Shown here: piece by piece, positions 48,214-57,793 of the stretch | How positions within the stretch are numbered: the first letter of the stretch is position 1 | Layout of the letters: each line of letters starts with the position of its first letter | Source of the DNA: Candidatus Comchoanobacterales bacterium | GTDB taxonomy: Bacteria > Pseudomonadota > Gammaproteobacteria > Comchoanobacterales > Comchoanobacteraceae | Direction: 5' to 3' | NCBI GenBank assembly: GCA_965661085.1 | Contig: CBFIDA010000005.1 | Location: 3,134-67,133 of the forward strand | DNA length: 64,000 nt | Made by a program: the position numbers and the translations under genes | Notes under the pieces: generated by a model | Told to the model about the DNA's origin: nothing | The model's input: the letters and a program-made list of their open reading frames with translations, nothing else | The model's database searches: none

Positions 48214-49341
48214 ATGACGGTGATGAAAACACATTTTATCGATGAAATTTATAAGTTGAATGCATTGGTTCGTGATTCACCTGGTCATGTTTATTGGAAA
48301 GATCTTGACCTGGTCCATGAAGGTTGCAATCAAAATTTGGCCGATTTTCTTGGTTTGAAACATCATACCGATATCAAGGGTATGAACAATCGGCAAGTGC
48401 TTGCCATACTCAACAGTGAAAATAGATTGGAAGACATTGAACAAAATGATTTGCAAGTCATTGAGCAAGAAAAAACCTTTGAGGTGGAAGAAAGTGTTCG
48501 AGATTTAGAAGGCAACATGACACATTTTTTATCCATTAAAAAACCATTGTACAATATGCAGCATCAAGTCATTGGACTGATGGGTATTTCCTTTGACATC
48601 ACCTTACAAAAGCAATTTGCAGTGCAACTGGAAATTGCCAATGAACGTGCCAAGCAAAATAATCTTCTCAAATCTGAACTGATTGCCAATCTGCGTCATG
48701 ACATGCGCACACCTTTTGCAGGCATACATGGTTTGTTGGAAATATTGCAGCTCCAAGAAACAAGTTCTGAGAAGAAGCATCTCCTTCAGATGTGTCTGCA
48801 ATCGATCAAAAACCTAATGGATTACTGTGACTTGATGTTTGAGTCGTCTTTAAAGTTAGATCAAGACATCCCGACATCGATGCAGCACTTTGCACCAATG
48901 GATTTGGTGCAAAAAGTTGTGGGCATATTTCAGCCTGCGGCACAACACCGGCAGCTTGATCTCACATATACCATTGATGATCGTGTGCCCAGAAACTTGG
49001 TTGGACCTTATCAGGGGCTCTATCGTGTGCTGACCAATCTTATCGATAATGGCATCAAATTCACCCCCTCTGGTCATGTACATATTCATGTTGCTGGTGG
49101 TGAACGGTTGATCATTGATGTCTGTGATACTGGTCCAGGTATCCCGCCTGAAAGACGCCAGGCTATTTTTGAGAAATTTTGCAAGTTGACGCCCCAATAT
49201 CATAAAAAAACAGCAGGATTTGGTTTGGGGTTGCATTTTGTGGCCAAAATTTGTGCGGCAAATGATATGAGGGTGACTGTTCGTGACAACATACCCTCTG
49301 GTACCATTTTTCACATCGAATGTCCCGTTGAGTGCATTTGA
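48214..49341 (+). CDS. cytoplasmic PAS-domain sensor histidine kinase
   Basis: There are no TM segments. A PAS-like N-terminus is followed by the H-box ANLRHDMRTPF, the N-box NLIDNGIKFT, G1 DTGPGI and G2 GFGLGL. Confidence 0.88.
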   Translation: MTVMKTHFIDEIYKLNALVRDSPGHVYWKDLDLVHEGCNQNLADFLGLKHHTDIKGMNNRQVLAILNSENRLEDIEQNDLQVIEQEKTFEVEESVRDLEGNMTHFLSIKKPLYNMQHQVIGLMGISFDITLQKQFAVQLEIANERAKQNNLLKSELIANLRHDMRTPFAGIHGLLEILQLQETSSEKKHLLQMCLQSIKNLMDYCDLMFESSLKLDQDIPTSMQHFAPMDLVQKVVGIFQPAAQHRQLDLTYTIDDRVPRNLVGPYQGLYRVLTNLIDNGIKFTPSGHVHIHVAGGERLIIDVCDTGPGIPPERRQAIFEKFCKLTPQYHKKTAGFGLGLHFVAKICAANDMRVTVRDNIPSGTIFHIECPVECI

Positions 49342-49553
49342 TCGCTTGCATGACAACTGTCGCAAGCTCAAAGATGTCACATTGATGATCAGTTTTATGC
49401 TGTGGCATGATGCGAAGGCATCATGATTGGCTGATGATTATTTTTCAGTAGATCGTACGCGTGATACAAGGCCTATGCATGGCCATCCAGTGCATCTTGC
49501 GTTCTGTGTCAGAAACCTTTAAGTTGTTTTGCAGTTTATCATGGAAGTTTCCG

Positions 49554-50212
49554 ATGCCTACTTCAATTGCCGCGTCACTCAAAGCGGATCCAACATGGCC
49601 CAACCTCTATGTGTTGCCAAATGATGCCAGTGTCGAAAAGTCTTTGAACGCAAAGGAAATGGCATTCTATCGTACGAATTTGGTAATGCCGCCCATGGGT
49701 GGTGACGCTAAGAAATCGACGAAGATTTCATGTTTTTTAACACGACATTTTGTGCCATTGTTGCCGATGTTTTTCATCAAGTTGCCTGGTGATTTAAAGG
49801 CTGAGCAACTGAAACGGCAATTCATGAAGTCTGTGTTGAACATGTTGCCCATTTCAGGCAACGGATTCAAACAAAACCAAAGTCATGGCACAATAAAAAG
49901 ATGCATCAATATCATGTGGTGCCTGCGTGTTTTGTTCCGAAAAAACATGTCTCATCGCATGTGCCACAACTGGAGTTTGATGAAAAATCTGTTTATGATC
50001 GAGACAAAAATATGGGTTACATATTTCCAGCCATGAAATGCATGGTTTTTCCAGAGAAGAAACTGGGCTTTCGGCCAAAATTTTCACGTATGTTTCAGTC
50101 AGCTGTGCCATGGGGCGTGTCCGATCAGTCTGAGCGTTTGGCGCAGGACTTGACCAATCAAATCAAAAAACATGTTGAGCTGAAAATAGGGCTGATCAGG
50201 TCGACGCCATGA
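49554..50212 (+). pseudogene. unknown-function ORF apparently split by a frameshift near the A5 run at 49895-49899
   Basis: ORF 49461..50036 turns Cys/Trp/Met-rich and junk-like after about 49900. Exactly there the +2 frame ORF (49901..50212) begins to read protein-like (YHVVPACFVPKKH...). Confidence 0.3.
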
Positions 50213-50347
50213 TCCAAGACACAGAGATGATGGATGTGAGGGTGGGACACGCTGAGATCAACAAAGATCACAGGTCAACGAAGTGATTCGCGCTTGCTCA
50301 ACATGTTTGTTATACTCGGCTGCAATTGCACCAATGGAAGCACAGCC

Positions 50348-51457
50348 ATGAACACGTTCGGTCGATTGTTTCGTTTCACCACTTGGGGTGCATCACATGG
50401 GCCTGCCATAGGCGTTGTCGTCGATGGGTGTCCCGCTGGAATCGCCCTGACGCCTGAAATGGTACAGCAGGCATTGGATCGTCGAGCACCAGGTCGCAAT
50501 GCGATGACATCGCCCCGTCGTGAGCCCGACCGTGTGGTCATCGAGTCGGGTGTGTGGCAGGGCATCACCACAGGGGATCCCATTGCGATGTGCATACGCA
50601 ACCAGGATGCCAAACCCTCTGCTTATCAAACCATGGCCGATTGTCATCGTCCAGGCCATGCCAATTTCACATACCGACATAAGTATGGCCATATGGATCA
50701 ACGTGGTGGTGGTCGGGCTTCTGCCCGTGAAACAGCCTGTCGAGTTATGGCTGGTGCCATTGCAGGTGTCTGGTTGAAACAGCATGGCATCGCTGTGCAA
50801 GCGGCATTGGTACAGATGGGACACATTCAAGCCCAACATCAAGATGCATGGGACATGGGGCGTGTGTATGACAATCCTGTGTATGTCCCAGATCCCAAGG
50901 TTGTGTCCCCCATGGTCGACCACATTAAGACTTTAAAAGCATCGGGTGACTCGACGGGTGGCGTGGTTGGCTTTCGAATACTGGGTTGTCCGATTGGTTT
51001 GGGTGAGCCCATTTATGGCAAATGTGAGGCGCAGTTGGCTGCAGCCATGCTCAGCATTCCAGCCAGCAAAGGCTTTGAGATTGGCATGGGTTTCAAAGCC
51101 GCCACCATGAAGGGCTCTGAGCACAATGATCTTTATCGGTCTCAAGCAGGCCAAACGGTCTTGGCCAGCAATCGGGCGGGTGGCACCTTGGGTGGCATCA
51201 CCCAGGGTGAAACCATTTGGGGTCAAGTGGCTTTTAAACCAACATCGAGCATCGGAAAACCACAAGCCACCACCACGTTTTCAGGGCAAGACACCACCTT
51301 GGTGATGGGGGCACAGGCCCGGCATGATCCTTGTGTGGCGATTCGGGCCGTCCCCGTGGTTGAAGCCATGGCAGCTTGCGTGATCGCAGATTTATGGTTG
51401 CAATCGATGACACAAGAGACATGTCACCCACGGTCTGTGTCACATGCACCCAATTGA
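50348..51457 (+). CDS. aroC: chorismate synthase
   Basis: MNTFGRLFRFTTWGASHGPAIGVVVDGCPAG, GGGRASARET and RHDPCV are present. Confidence 0.95.
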   Translation: MNTFGRLFRFTTWGASHGPAIGVVVDGCPAGIALTPEMVQQALDRRAPGRNAMTSPRREPDRVVIESGVWQGITTGDPIAMCIRNQDAKPSAYQTMADCHRPGHANFTYRHKYGHMDQRGGGRASARETACRVMAGAIAGVWLKQHGIAVQAALVQMGHIQAQHQDAWDMGRVYDNPVYVPDPKVVSPMVDHIKTLKASGDSTGGVVGFRILGCPIGLGEPIYGKCEAQLAAAMLSIPASKGFEIGMGFKAATMKGSEHNDLYRSQAGQTVLASNRAGGTLGGITQGETIWGQVAFKPTSSIGKPQATTTFSGQDTTLVMGAQARHDPCVAIRAVPVVEAMAACVIADLWLQSMTQETCHPRSVSHAPN

Positions 51458-51547
51458 ATGTTATTGCATGATGATGGTGGTGATTTCATTGTGGTATTTG
51501 ATGGGTATATTCAGTAAAGTGGCTGAAGTCATGTTCGGGAGACGCAT

Positions 51548-52582
51548 ATGAAATTGACGTTTCATACTCAAACCACGCAAGCACAGCGAAGTGCCTTTGT
51601 GTGTGCATTGCAACAGACGCATGTGCGACATGTTGTGTGGCATGATGCATCACGTTGTATCACTGGCGTTGCCATGTGGCCAGGACATGAGATGTTGGTT
51701 CCAGACATGATCGCTCAGGCAGAAACCTTGGGAGAGGTCACAGCACTGCATCCAGATTATCCTTTGGCCAGCATAGATCTGAAGCCCAGTGGCCATGTGC
51801 AGGTGGGTGCACATCGCATTGGTCCAGATACGTTGACGTTGATGGCAGGGCCCTGTGCCATTGAATCGGCTGAGCAATTGGAGGCAATTGCGGTACATGT
51901 TGCTGCATCGGGTGCGCAGTTTCTTCGCGGTGGCGCCTATAAAGGGCGTACCTCGCCATATGCTTTTCAGGGCTTGGGTGCCAAGGCCATTGAAATGCTC
52001 AGTACCACCGCCAAGCGACATGGTTTATACAGCGTGTGTGAGGTGGTTTCCGAGGTGCATTTGCCCGCATATTTGTCTTGCATCGATGTGTTGCAAGTGG
52101 GAGCGCGCAACATGCAAAATTTCACTTTGCTCAAAGCCATTGGACAGACGCAGACACCCGTTTTACTGAAACGTGGCATGTCGGCCACCTACCATGAGTG
52201 GTTGTTGGCTGCAGAATACATCCTCAGCCATGGCAATCCCAATGTGATTTTATGTGAGCGGGGCATTCGCAGCTTTGAGCCCATGACGCGCAATACATTT
52301 GACATCAATGCCATCGCTTTGATGCGCACCTTGACCCATTTGCCTATGATGGCCGATCCCAGTCATGGAACGGGACAGCGGGCATTGGTTGGGCCTATTG
52401 CCAAAGCAGCAGTGGCAGCAGGCGCCATGGGTGTGATGTGTGAAGTGCATACACATCCCGATCGTTCGATGTCTGATGCGGCACAGGCACTCGATTGCTC
52501 AAGTTATCAGCAGCTGGCTTTAGCGCTGAACGTCCTGCACCATGTGATGACGGACTCGGTTTCATCTGCCGCTGCACATTGA
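51548..52582 (+). CDS. 3-deoxy-7-phosphoheptulonate (DAHP) synthase, type I-beta with ~75-aa N-terminal regulatory-like domain
   Basis: GPCAIES...LRGGAYKGRTSPYAFQG...LQVGARNMQNF...LLKRG...ADPSH is the KDO8PS-like I-beta pattern. Confidence 0.88.
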   Translation: MKLTFHTQTTQAQRSAFVCALQQTHVRHVVWHDASRCITGVAMWPGHEMLVPDMIAQAETLGEVTALHPDYPLASIDLKPSGHVQVGAHRIGPDTLTLMAGPCAIESAEQLEAIAVHVAASGAQFLRGGAYKGRTSPYAFQGLGAKAIEMLSTTAKRHGLYSVCEVVSEVHLPAYLSCIDVLQVGARNMQNFTLLKAIGQTQTPVLLKRGMSATYHEWLLAAEYILSHGNPNVILCERGIRSFEPMTRNTFDINAIALMRTLTHLPMMADPSHGTGQRALVGPIAKAAVAAGAMGVMCEVHTHPDRSMSDAAQALDCSSYQQLALALNVLHHVMTDSVSSAAAH

Positions 52583-52593
52583 GTCCATGGGGC

Positions 52594-53391
52594 TCATTTG
52601 ATACGCTTAATGGGTGGTCCAGCTTGGTCGCTCGATGCCCTGCTGCGTTTTCTTGAAAGGCCGGACATTGTTCTTTGTTGCGCCATGAATGTGCTGACGC
52701 TTATTGCGAATATGCGCTGCATGACTCGAGCGGAGGCTCTGTCTTGAGTCCCAAGCACAGACCTGCTGTCTTGAGGCACTAAAACTGCAATTTTGGCTGC
52801 TTTTTCAAGGTCAAGCATGTGCCCCCGTGTTGTGTCTATTTTAGCTGGCCGTAAAAAAGACAAGATCGTTCGAGTGATTCGGTCCTTGCAAGTGATTCGG
52901 TCGGCAATGATCTGCTTGATGGCACGGCATCGATGCATCATTTTGACAGCAAAGCCGAACTTGTGGGTTGGATGTGCTTTTTCATCAGGTGGGCCATTTT
53001 GGTTTGCACCATGGTTGAACATATGCAAACACAACATCTGACCTACAGTGACATCATTGGGTCCACAATTTTGACGAAAGTGGTCTAAAATCGTTTCATT
53101 TGACCATGATTTGCCGATATTTTGGAGGGGGGTGGCGCCTCGCGCCAACAACACTCGGATCATGTCCAAATTTCTTGTCTGGATGGCCATGGCCAAAGGT
53201 CTGGTGGGCTGCATGAAGCCTAAACAGGTTTGTCTGCGTAATGGTAGCAATGCTAAAGAATCATCAGGATCTTTGAGGATGACACCATTAATAGATGCAC
53301 CTTGATTCAAAAGCGATGTGACTTTTTTCAAGTCATTATCTTCTATGGCGCAGATCAGCGCTGTATTGAGTTGTTGTGTAGAGGTCTTCAT
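52594..53391 (-). CDS. ankyrin-repeat protein with C-terminal bipartite NLS-like motif (candidate effector)
   Basis: Ankyrin-like units are LNTALICAIEDNDLKKVTSLLNQGASIN and RPLAMAIQTRNLDMIRVLLARGATP. The C-terminus is SRKRSRASSDQAGPPIKRIK. The DNA is A+T-rich. Confidence 0.7.
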   Translation of the reverse strand: MKTSTQQLNTALICAIEDNDLKKVTSLLNQGASINGVILKDPDDSLALLPLRRQTCLGFMQPTRPLAMAIQTRNLDMIRVLLARGATPLQNIGKSWSNETILDHFRQNCGPNDVTVGQMLCLHMFNHGANQNGPPDEKAHPTHKFGFAVKMMHRCRAIKQIIADRITCKDRITRTILSFLRPAKIDTTRGHMLDLEKAAKIAVLVPQDSRSVLGTQDRASARVMQRIFAISVSTFMAQQRTMSGLSRKRSRASSDQAGPPIKRIK

Positions 53392-53444
53392 GGTAGTCTT
53401 TTGTCATGAAATTGTTTTTATTTTACATTTTTGTTGTTTGTTTG

Positions 53445-54032
53445 TCAGTAAGATAGTATGTGTGACAGGCAACGTGCCAGCAATTGCATGCCTTGGGGTG
53501 AGCAGATCGACTCAGGGTGGCTTTGAAGCCCTATGATGGGCAGTGTGCCATGCTGTATGGCCATAACCTCTTGTGCTTCGCTCCATGCGGTCACCTGAAG
53601 GGGTGTGTGTGTCAGGCTTTTTGGATCGATGACCAGGGAGTGATAACGGGCCATGAGAAGTGGTTGAGGCAAGGTTGCAAAAATGCCCCGTTGGTCATGG
53701 AAAATGGGTGCACTGTGGCCATGTAGGGGGCATTGTGCACGTACGATTTTAGCCCCGAACGCCTGACCAATGATTTGATGACCCAGGCAGATCCCCAAAA
53801 TGGGCACCGTTGGAGACAATGCACGCACCAATGCCAGGGTATGCGGTGCTTGGGATGGTGTGCATGGTCCAGGTGAGAGGAGTATGGCACAGGGTGGGTG
53901 TGTGATGATGGCATCTGAGTCCATGTCATCGTGTTGCACAACCCTGGTGTCATGCTTCAACAGTTGGACATAACGCACCAAATTGTAAACAAAAGAATCG
54001 TGATGATCGATGATCAGAATGTTTGCCATCAT
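53445..54032 (-). CDS. pabA: aminodeoxychorismate/anthranilate synthase component II (glutamine amidotransferase)
   Basis: ILIIDHHDSFVYNL, GICLGHQ (catalytic Cys) and the HPES triad are present. Confidence 0.9.
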   Translation of the reverse strand: MMANILIIDHHDSFVYNLVRYVQLLKHDTRVVQHDDMDSDAIITHPPCAILLSPGPCTPSQAPHTLALVRALSPTVPILGICLGHQIIGQAFGAKIVRAQCPLHGHSAPIFHDQRGIFATLPQPLLMARYHSLVIDPKSLTHTPLQVTAWSEAQEVMAIQHGTLPIIGLQSHPESICSPQGMQLLARCLSHILSY

Positions 54033-54414
54033 TGCACATATGGTGGAGGTGTCTCAACATGATGCACGCTTGTGCGAGAATGTCAACCTGATGGCATAGG
54101 CTGGTCAGGGCCATCTCATTCAAATTTAGCGAATGTTTGCGCCTTTCAGTGATCACTTTTCCTTTTTGTTCAAAAGGGCGTTTAACATGAGGGCAAGAGC
54201 CTATGGATGAATGGTCTTTTCTAAAGCAATGCCCGATCACAGCATAGATAGACAAATCCTATTCGAGTACCACTGTTGTGAGGCATGGTGGCTTCTTGGA
54301 CACAGCTTTGAGGGTTGCATTTGAATGAGGTGGTCCTGATACGCGGGTCGGTTGGGTCATGCAGCGTTTCATAAAATGGTGGCGAGAGATGGCTGGCTTT
54401 TGCTCGGTGGTCGT

Positions 54415-55833
54415 TTATGTGCGTGCGCTGGCGCAGCATTTTTGAATCCATGCAGACAAAGCTTGGGGGTTTGAAACCAAACCATGAAGAATGCTGTGTG
54501 CTTTGATCCATGTCTCATGGTATTCTTGGATAGGATCAGAGTCCAACACCACTGCACCACCGGCATGCAAGGTGATTTGATGGGGTTGTGCAATGAGGGT
54601 GCGAATCAAAATGTTGCTGTCAAACTGACCACAGCCATCCATCCAAAAAAGATGACCACAATACGGTCCACGTTGATGGGGCTCGAGCGCATCGATGATG
54701 GTCATGGCGCGTTTTTTGGGTGCACCTGTGATGGAGCCTGCGGCCAAAGTGGCACGCAGTAAGGTACCCAGGCTCACATCATGTGACAGTTGTCCTGTGA
54801 TGGTTGAAATGAGATGGTGGACGTTCTCAAATCGATGTGGTGCGCACAGGTGAGGCACGTCTATGCTTTCGGGGGTACACACTTTGCTGAGGTCATTGCG
54901 CATCAAATCAACAATCATGATGTTTTCTGATCGGTTTTTTGCGCTGTGCACCAAAGCATCTTGTGCCATTTGATCTTGCTTGGGATCGGGGTGGCGTGCA
55001 CAGGTCCCTTTGATGGGGCATGCTTCTACCAGACCCTTGGGGTGAACACGCAGAAAGCGCTCTGGTGAGAGCGATAAAAGTTCGAATGTGCCAAAATTGC
55101 CATAGGCACTGAAGGGGGTCTGTTGCTGACGCATGCGTTGATACAGTGCCACGGTATTGATGGGCGTCGGACATGGCCAATGAAATTGTTGAGACAAATT
55201 GGCTTGAAAAATATCCCCAGCCAGAATGTATTGACGAATGGTTTCAACCGCTTGACCATAGTCATTTTTCGAGGTTGTGCAAATGAGCTGTTCTAATTCA
55301 AAATATTGTGGAGCGATGGTTTGGATCGATGGGATCGGTTGCGCGAGGTGGTCCTTAAAAGCGGCCAGGCGCGCTTTGGCACGATTTTGACGTGCGGTTG
55401 GGGTTGTTTCAGGCAAGCCATTGGCGATCACCCAAGCATTTTGGCTGAGATGGTCGTAGCCCAACACCACATCATAAAGATTGAGGTGTAAAGCTGGCCA
55501 AGTTTGGTTTGCGTGTTGGGGCAATGCCATCAGGTGACGACCATAATCATAGCCAATCAATCCTGCAGCACCGCCCTGAAAAGGTGGCAAGTCTGGGTGA
55601 GGCGTATGAGGTTGAGCGCGCAATGTGTTTTCATGGGTGTGCCAAGCGGTTTCTGCCATACATGGGTCGTGGGATTGCACTTGCTGATACGGATCGGTAC
55701 AGATGTAACTGAAGCGACCACCATGGGCGCCTTGACCATCAAAAAACAGGGTGCCAGGTCTCTGACTGAGTGTTTGCCAATGTGCCAGCATGTCATGATA
55801 GGGTATGGCAGAAAAAATAGGTTGCATGGTCAA
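54415..55833 (-). CDS. pabB: aminodeoxychorismate synthase component I
   Basis: SPERFL, ENIMIVDLMRNDL, GSITGAPKKRAM and RGPYCG are the chorismate-binding family pattern. The pab assignment (versus trpE) rests on context only. Confidence 0.8.
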   Translation of the reverse strand: MTMQPIFSAIPYHDMLAHWQTLSQRPGTLFFDGQGAHGGRFSYICTDPYQQVQSHDPCMAETAWHTHENTLRAQPHTPHPDLPPFQGGAAGLIGYDYGRHLMALPQHANQTWPALHLNLYDVVLGYDHLSQNAWVIANGLPETTPTARQNRAKARLAAFKDHLAQPIPSIQTIAPQYFELEQLICTTSKNDYGQAVETIRQYILAGDIFQANLSQQFHWPCPTPINTVALYQRMRQQQTPFSAYGNFGTFELLSLSPERFLRVHPKGLVEACPIKGTCARHPDPKQDQMAQDALVHSAKNRSENIMIVDLMRNDLSKVCTPESIDVPHLCAPHRFENVHHLISTITGQLSHDVSLGTLLRATLAAGSITGAPKKRAMTIIDALEPHQRGPYCGHLFWMDGCGQFDSNILIRTLIAQPHQITLHAGGAVVLDSDPIQEYHETWIKAHSILHGLVSNPQALSAWIQKCCASART

Positions 55834-55872
55834 GATGGTTGCATGGTGGATGTTTCATCCTAGACACATCTG

Positions 55873-56550
55873 GTGGCGCTTGCAAGGTGTGGCATGTTTG
55901 ACGTATGGAGAATGGGTATGCGATTGTTGCGGCATGTGTTTCCGCCAATGTGTTTGATGTGCAAGTATCTTTCAACGCCCCACGCACATGCGCGTTTATG
56001 CACAGAGTGTGTGAGACGATGTTTGGACCATCGCGTGCAAGCACCCGTCCTGTTGCAGGATGGCTTGACCTTTGTCGGTTATCACTACCGGTCGCCGTTG
56101 ACGATGTTGTTGCATCAATTCAAATATCATGCCTGTTGGTTGTCGGGCTGTGCCTTGGTTGATTTGATGGTGTTGGCATTTGGCACACATCCTTGGCAAA
56201 ATTATGATGGGGTCTTGGTGATGCCTGCCCATCCAAAACGCATCAAGGCACGCGGTGCGCATGTGACCGACATGTTGATGCGTCAATGCCTGAAACGTCT
56301 TGGTTTTGAACATTTGCTTTATACCAGACTCAATTGGCGGCCAGTGCATCAAAATACTCAGATGGGTTTGTCGCGCCAGGCACGGCTTGAGCACATGCAT
56401 GCTGGGGTTTTTGACATGCCAAAGCTTGAAGGGCATTGGCTGCTGTTTGACGATGTGATCACCACTGGACAGACCATGCATGCCTGTTTGCAAGCATTGT
56501 CTCAAACAGACCTCACCTTGCATGTCATGTCTTTGTTTTGTGTGTCCTGA
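55873..56550 (+). CDS. comF: ComF-family phosphoribosyltransferase-like protein
   Basis: It has N-terminal Cys pairs (CLMC...CTEC) and the C-terminal PRT motif LLFDDVITTGQT. Confidence 0.8.
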   Translation: MALARCGMFDVWRMGMRLLRHVFPPMCLMCKYLSTPHAHARLCTECVRRCLDHRVQAPVLLQDGLTFVGYHYRSPLTMLLHQFKYHACWLSGCALVDLMVLAFGTHPWQNYDGVLVMPAHPKRIKARGAHVTDMLMRQCLKRLGFEHLLYTRLNWRPVHQNTQMGLSRQARLEHMHAGVFDMPKLEGHWLLFDDVITTGQTMHACLQALSQTDLTLHVMSLFCVS

Positions 56551-56644
56551 TGATGTCATGTGCGGTTTTTTTAATCTGTTCCCCCTAAAATAGCGCAAAA
56601 ACGGATGCAATGTGCTGGCCAATGGTTTTTAATGACATCGGTTC

Positions 56645-57793
56645 ATGGTTCCATTGCACATGCAGATGCTTCACATCCACGTTTCAGAAAATTTTGATTA
56701 CCATTTTGGCGCCAGTTGTCTGACATGCCCTGATGTGGTTAAAGCACTCACAAGCCAAGGACGACAAGCAGTATGCATTGCCGATGCCGATTTGTTTGCT
56801 TTGCATGGCACACATTTGAAAGCCTGTTTGGGGTCATGGCTTGTTGAGGTACTCACTGTACCATCGGGTGAGACATCAAAGACACAAATCACAAAAACCC
56901 TGTTGGAAAACCAGTTGCTTGAGAAGGGATACCAACGGGATGTTTGTCTGGTGGCGTTTGGTGGCGGCATGATTTTGGATTTGGTGGGTTTCGTGGCGGC
57001 CACATATTTGCGTGGGGTGCCGGTGGTGTATTTGCCGACCAGTTTGCTCAGCATGGTGGATGCATGCATTGGTGGTAAAGTTGGGATCAATACGCCCTTG
57101 GGCAAGAACACCATCGGTCTGGTGCGTCAACCCAGTGCGGTGGTGGCGGATTTGGACTTTTTGGACACGTTGCCACAAGTGCAATGGATCTCTGGCATGG
57201 CTGAGGTTTTAAAGCATGCCCTGATTGCAGATGCAGCATTTTTGGCTTGGTTGGTCCAGCATCGTGATGCACTGTTGACACGAGATCGCGTCTCTGTGTC
57301 ACACATGCTCACACGCAGTCATGCCATCAAACAACAATTTGTCTCGGGCGATGTGAACGATCAAGGGCGACGTCAGTGCCTCAATTATGGACATACCTTT
57401 GGACATGCATTGGAGTTGGGCAGTCAAGGCCGTGTGCCGCATGGCATTGCGGTGGCACACGGTATGGTGGTGGCCAACCACATTGCCGTCAGCTTGGGCC
57501 ACTTGAGGTGCCATGATGCCAAACAGATTGCAGATCATCTGGCAGCCTTTGGTTTGTTGCCGGCTTGGCCAAGCACATGGTTGTTGCCCTGGGCATCGTA
57601 TTGGCAGATCATGCTGCGTGATAAGAAAAATCGCGCAGGCATGTGTCGATGGGTCTTGTTAAAAAGGGCGGGGGAGGTTGCAGGGCAGCCATCGACCCAA
57701 GCGGTCACACATGCTGTGTGGCTGGATGCCTGTCAGGCCTGGACTCAAACACATGTGACCACGCATGCGGAGATGGCATATGGCACAGCATGA
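56645..57793 (+). CDS. aroB: 3-dehydroquinate synthase
   Basis: GGGMILDLVGFVAATYLRGV, GGKVGIN and HTFGHALE are present. Confidence 0.92.
   Translation: MVPLHMQMLHIHVSENFDYHFGASCLTCPDVVKALTSQGRQAVCIADADLFALHGTHLKACLGSWLVEVLTVPSGETSKTQITKTLLENQLLEKGYQRDVCLVAFGGGMILDLVGFVAATYLRGVPVVYLPTSLLSMVDACIGGKVGINTPLGKNTIGLVRQPSAVVADLDFLDTLPQVQWISGMAEVLKHALIADAAFLAWLVQHRDALLTRDRVSVSHMLTRSHAIKQQFVSGDVNDQGRRQCLNYGHTFGHALELGSQGRVPHGIAVAHGMVVANHIAVSLGHLRCHDAKQIADHLAAFGLLPAWPSTWLLPWASYWQIMLRDKKNRAGMCRWVLLKRAGEVAGQPSTQAVTHAVWLDACQAWTQTHVTTHAEMAYGTA

Larger units (their letters stand above)
45702..50293. other. A+T-richer patch 3 (orphan protein, two-component pair, disrupted ORF) splitting aroK from aroC
   Basis: There is a visible composition shift. 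No mobility genes and no flanking repeats were noticed. Confidence 0.5.

Noticed and set aside
47632-48234. A 200-aa ORF on the minus strand.
   Set aside because: It is antisense to the response-regulator gene, which has a strong RBS and all receiver motifs.
55996-56622. A 208-aa ORF on the minus strand.
   Set aside because: It is antisense to comF, which carries the PRT motif. No motif is present in this frame.
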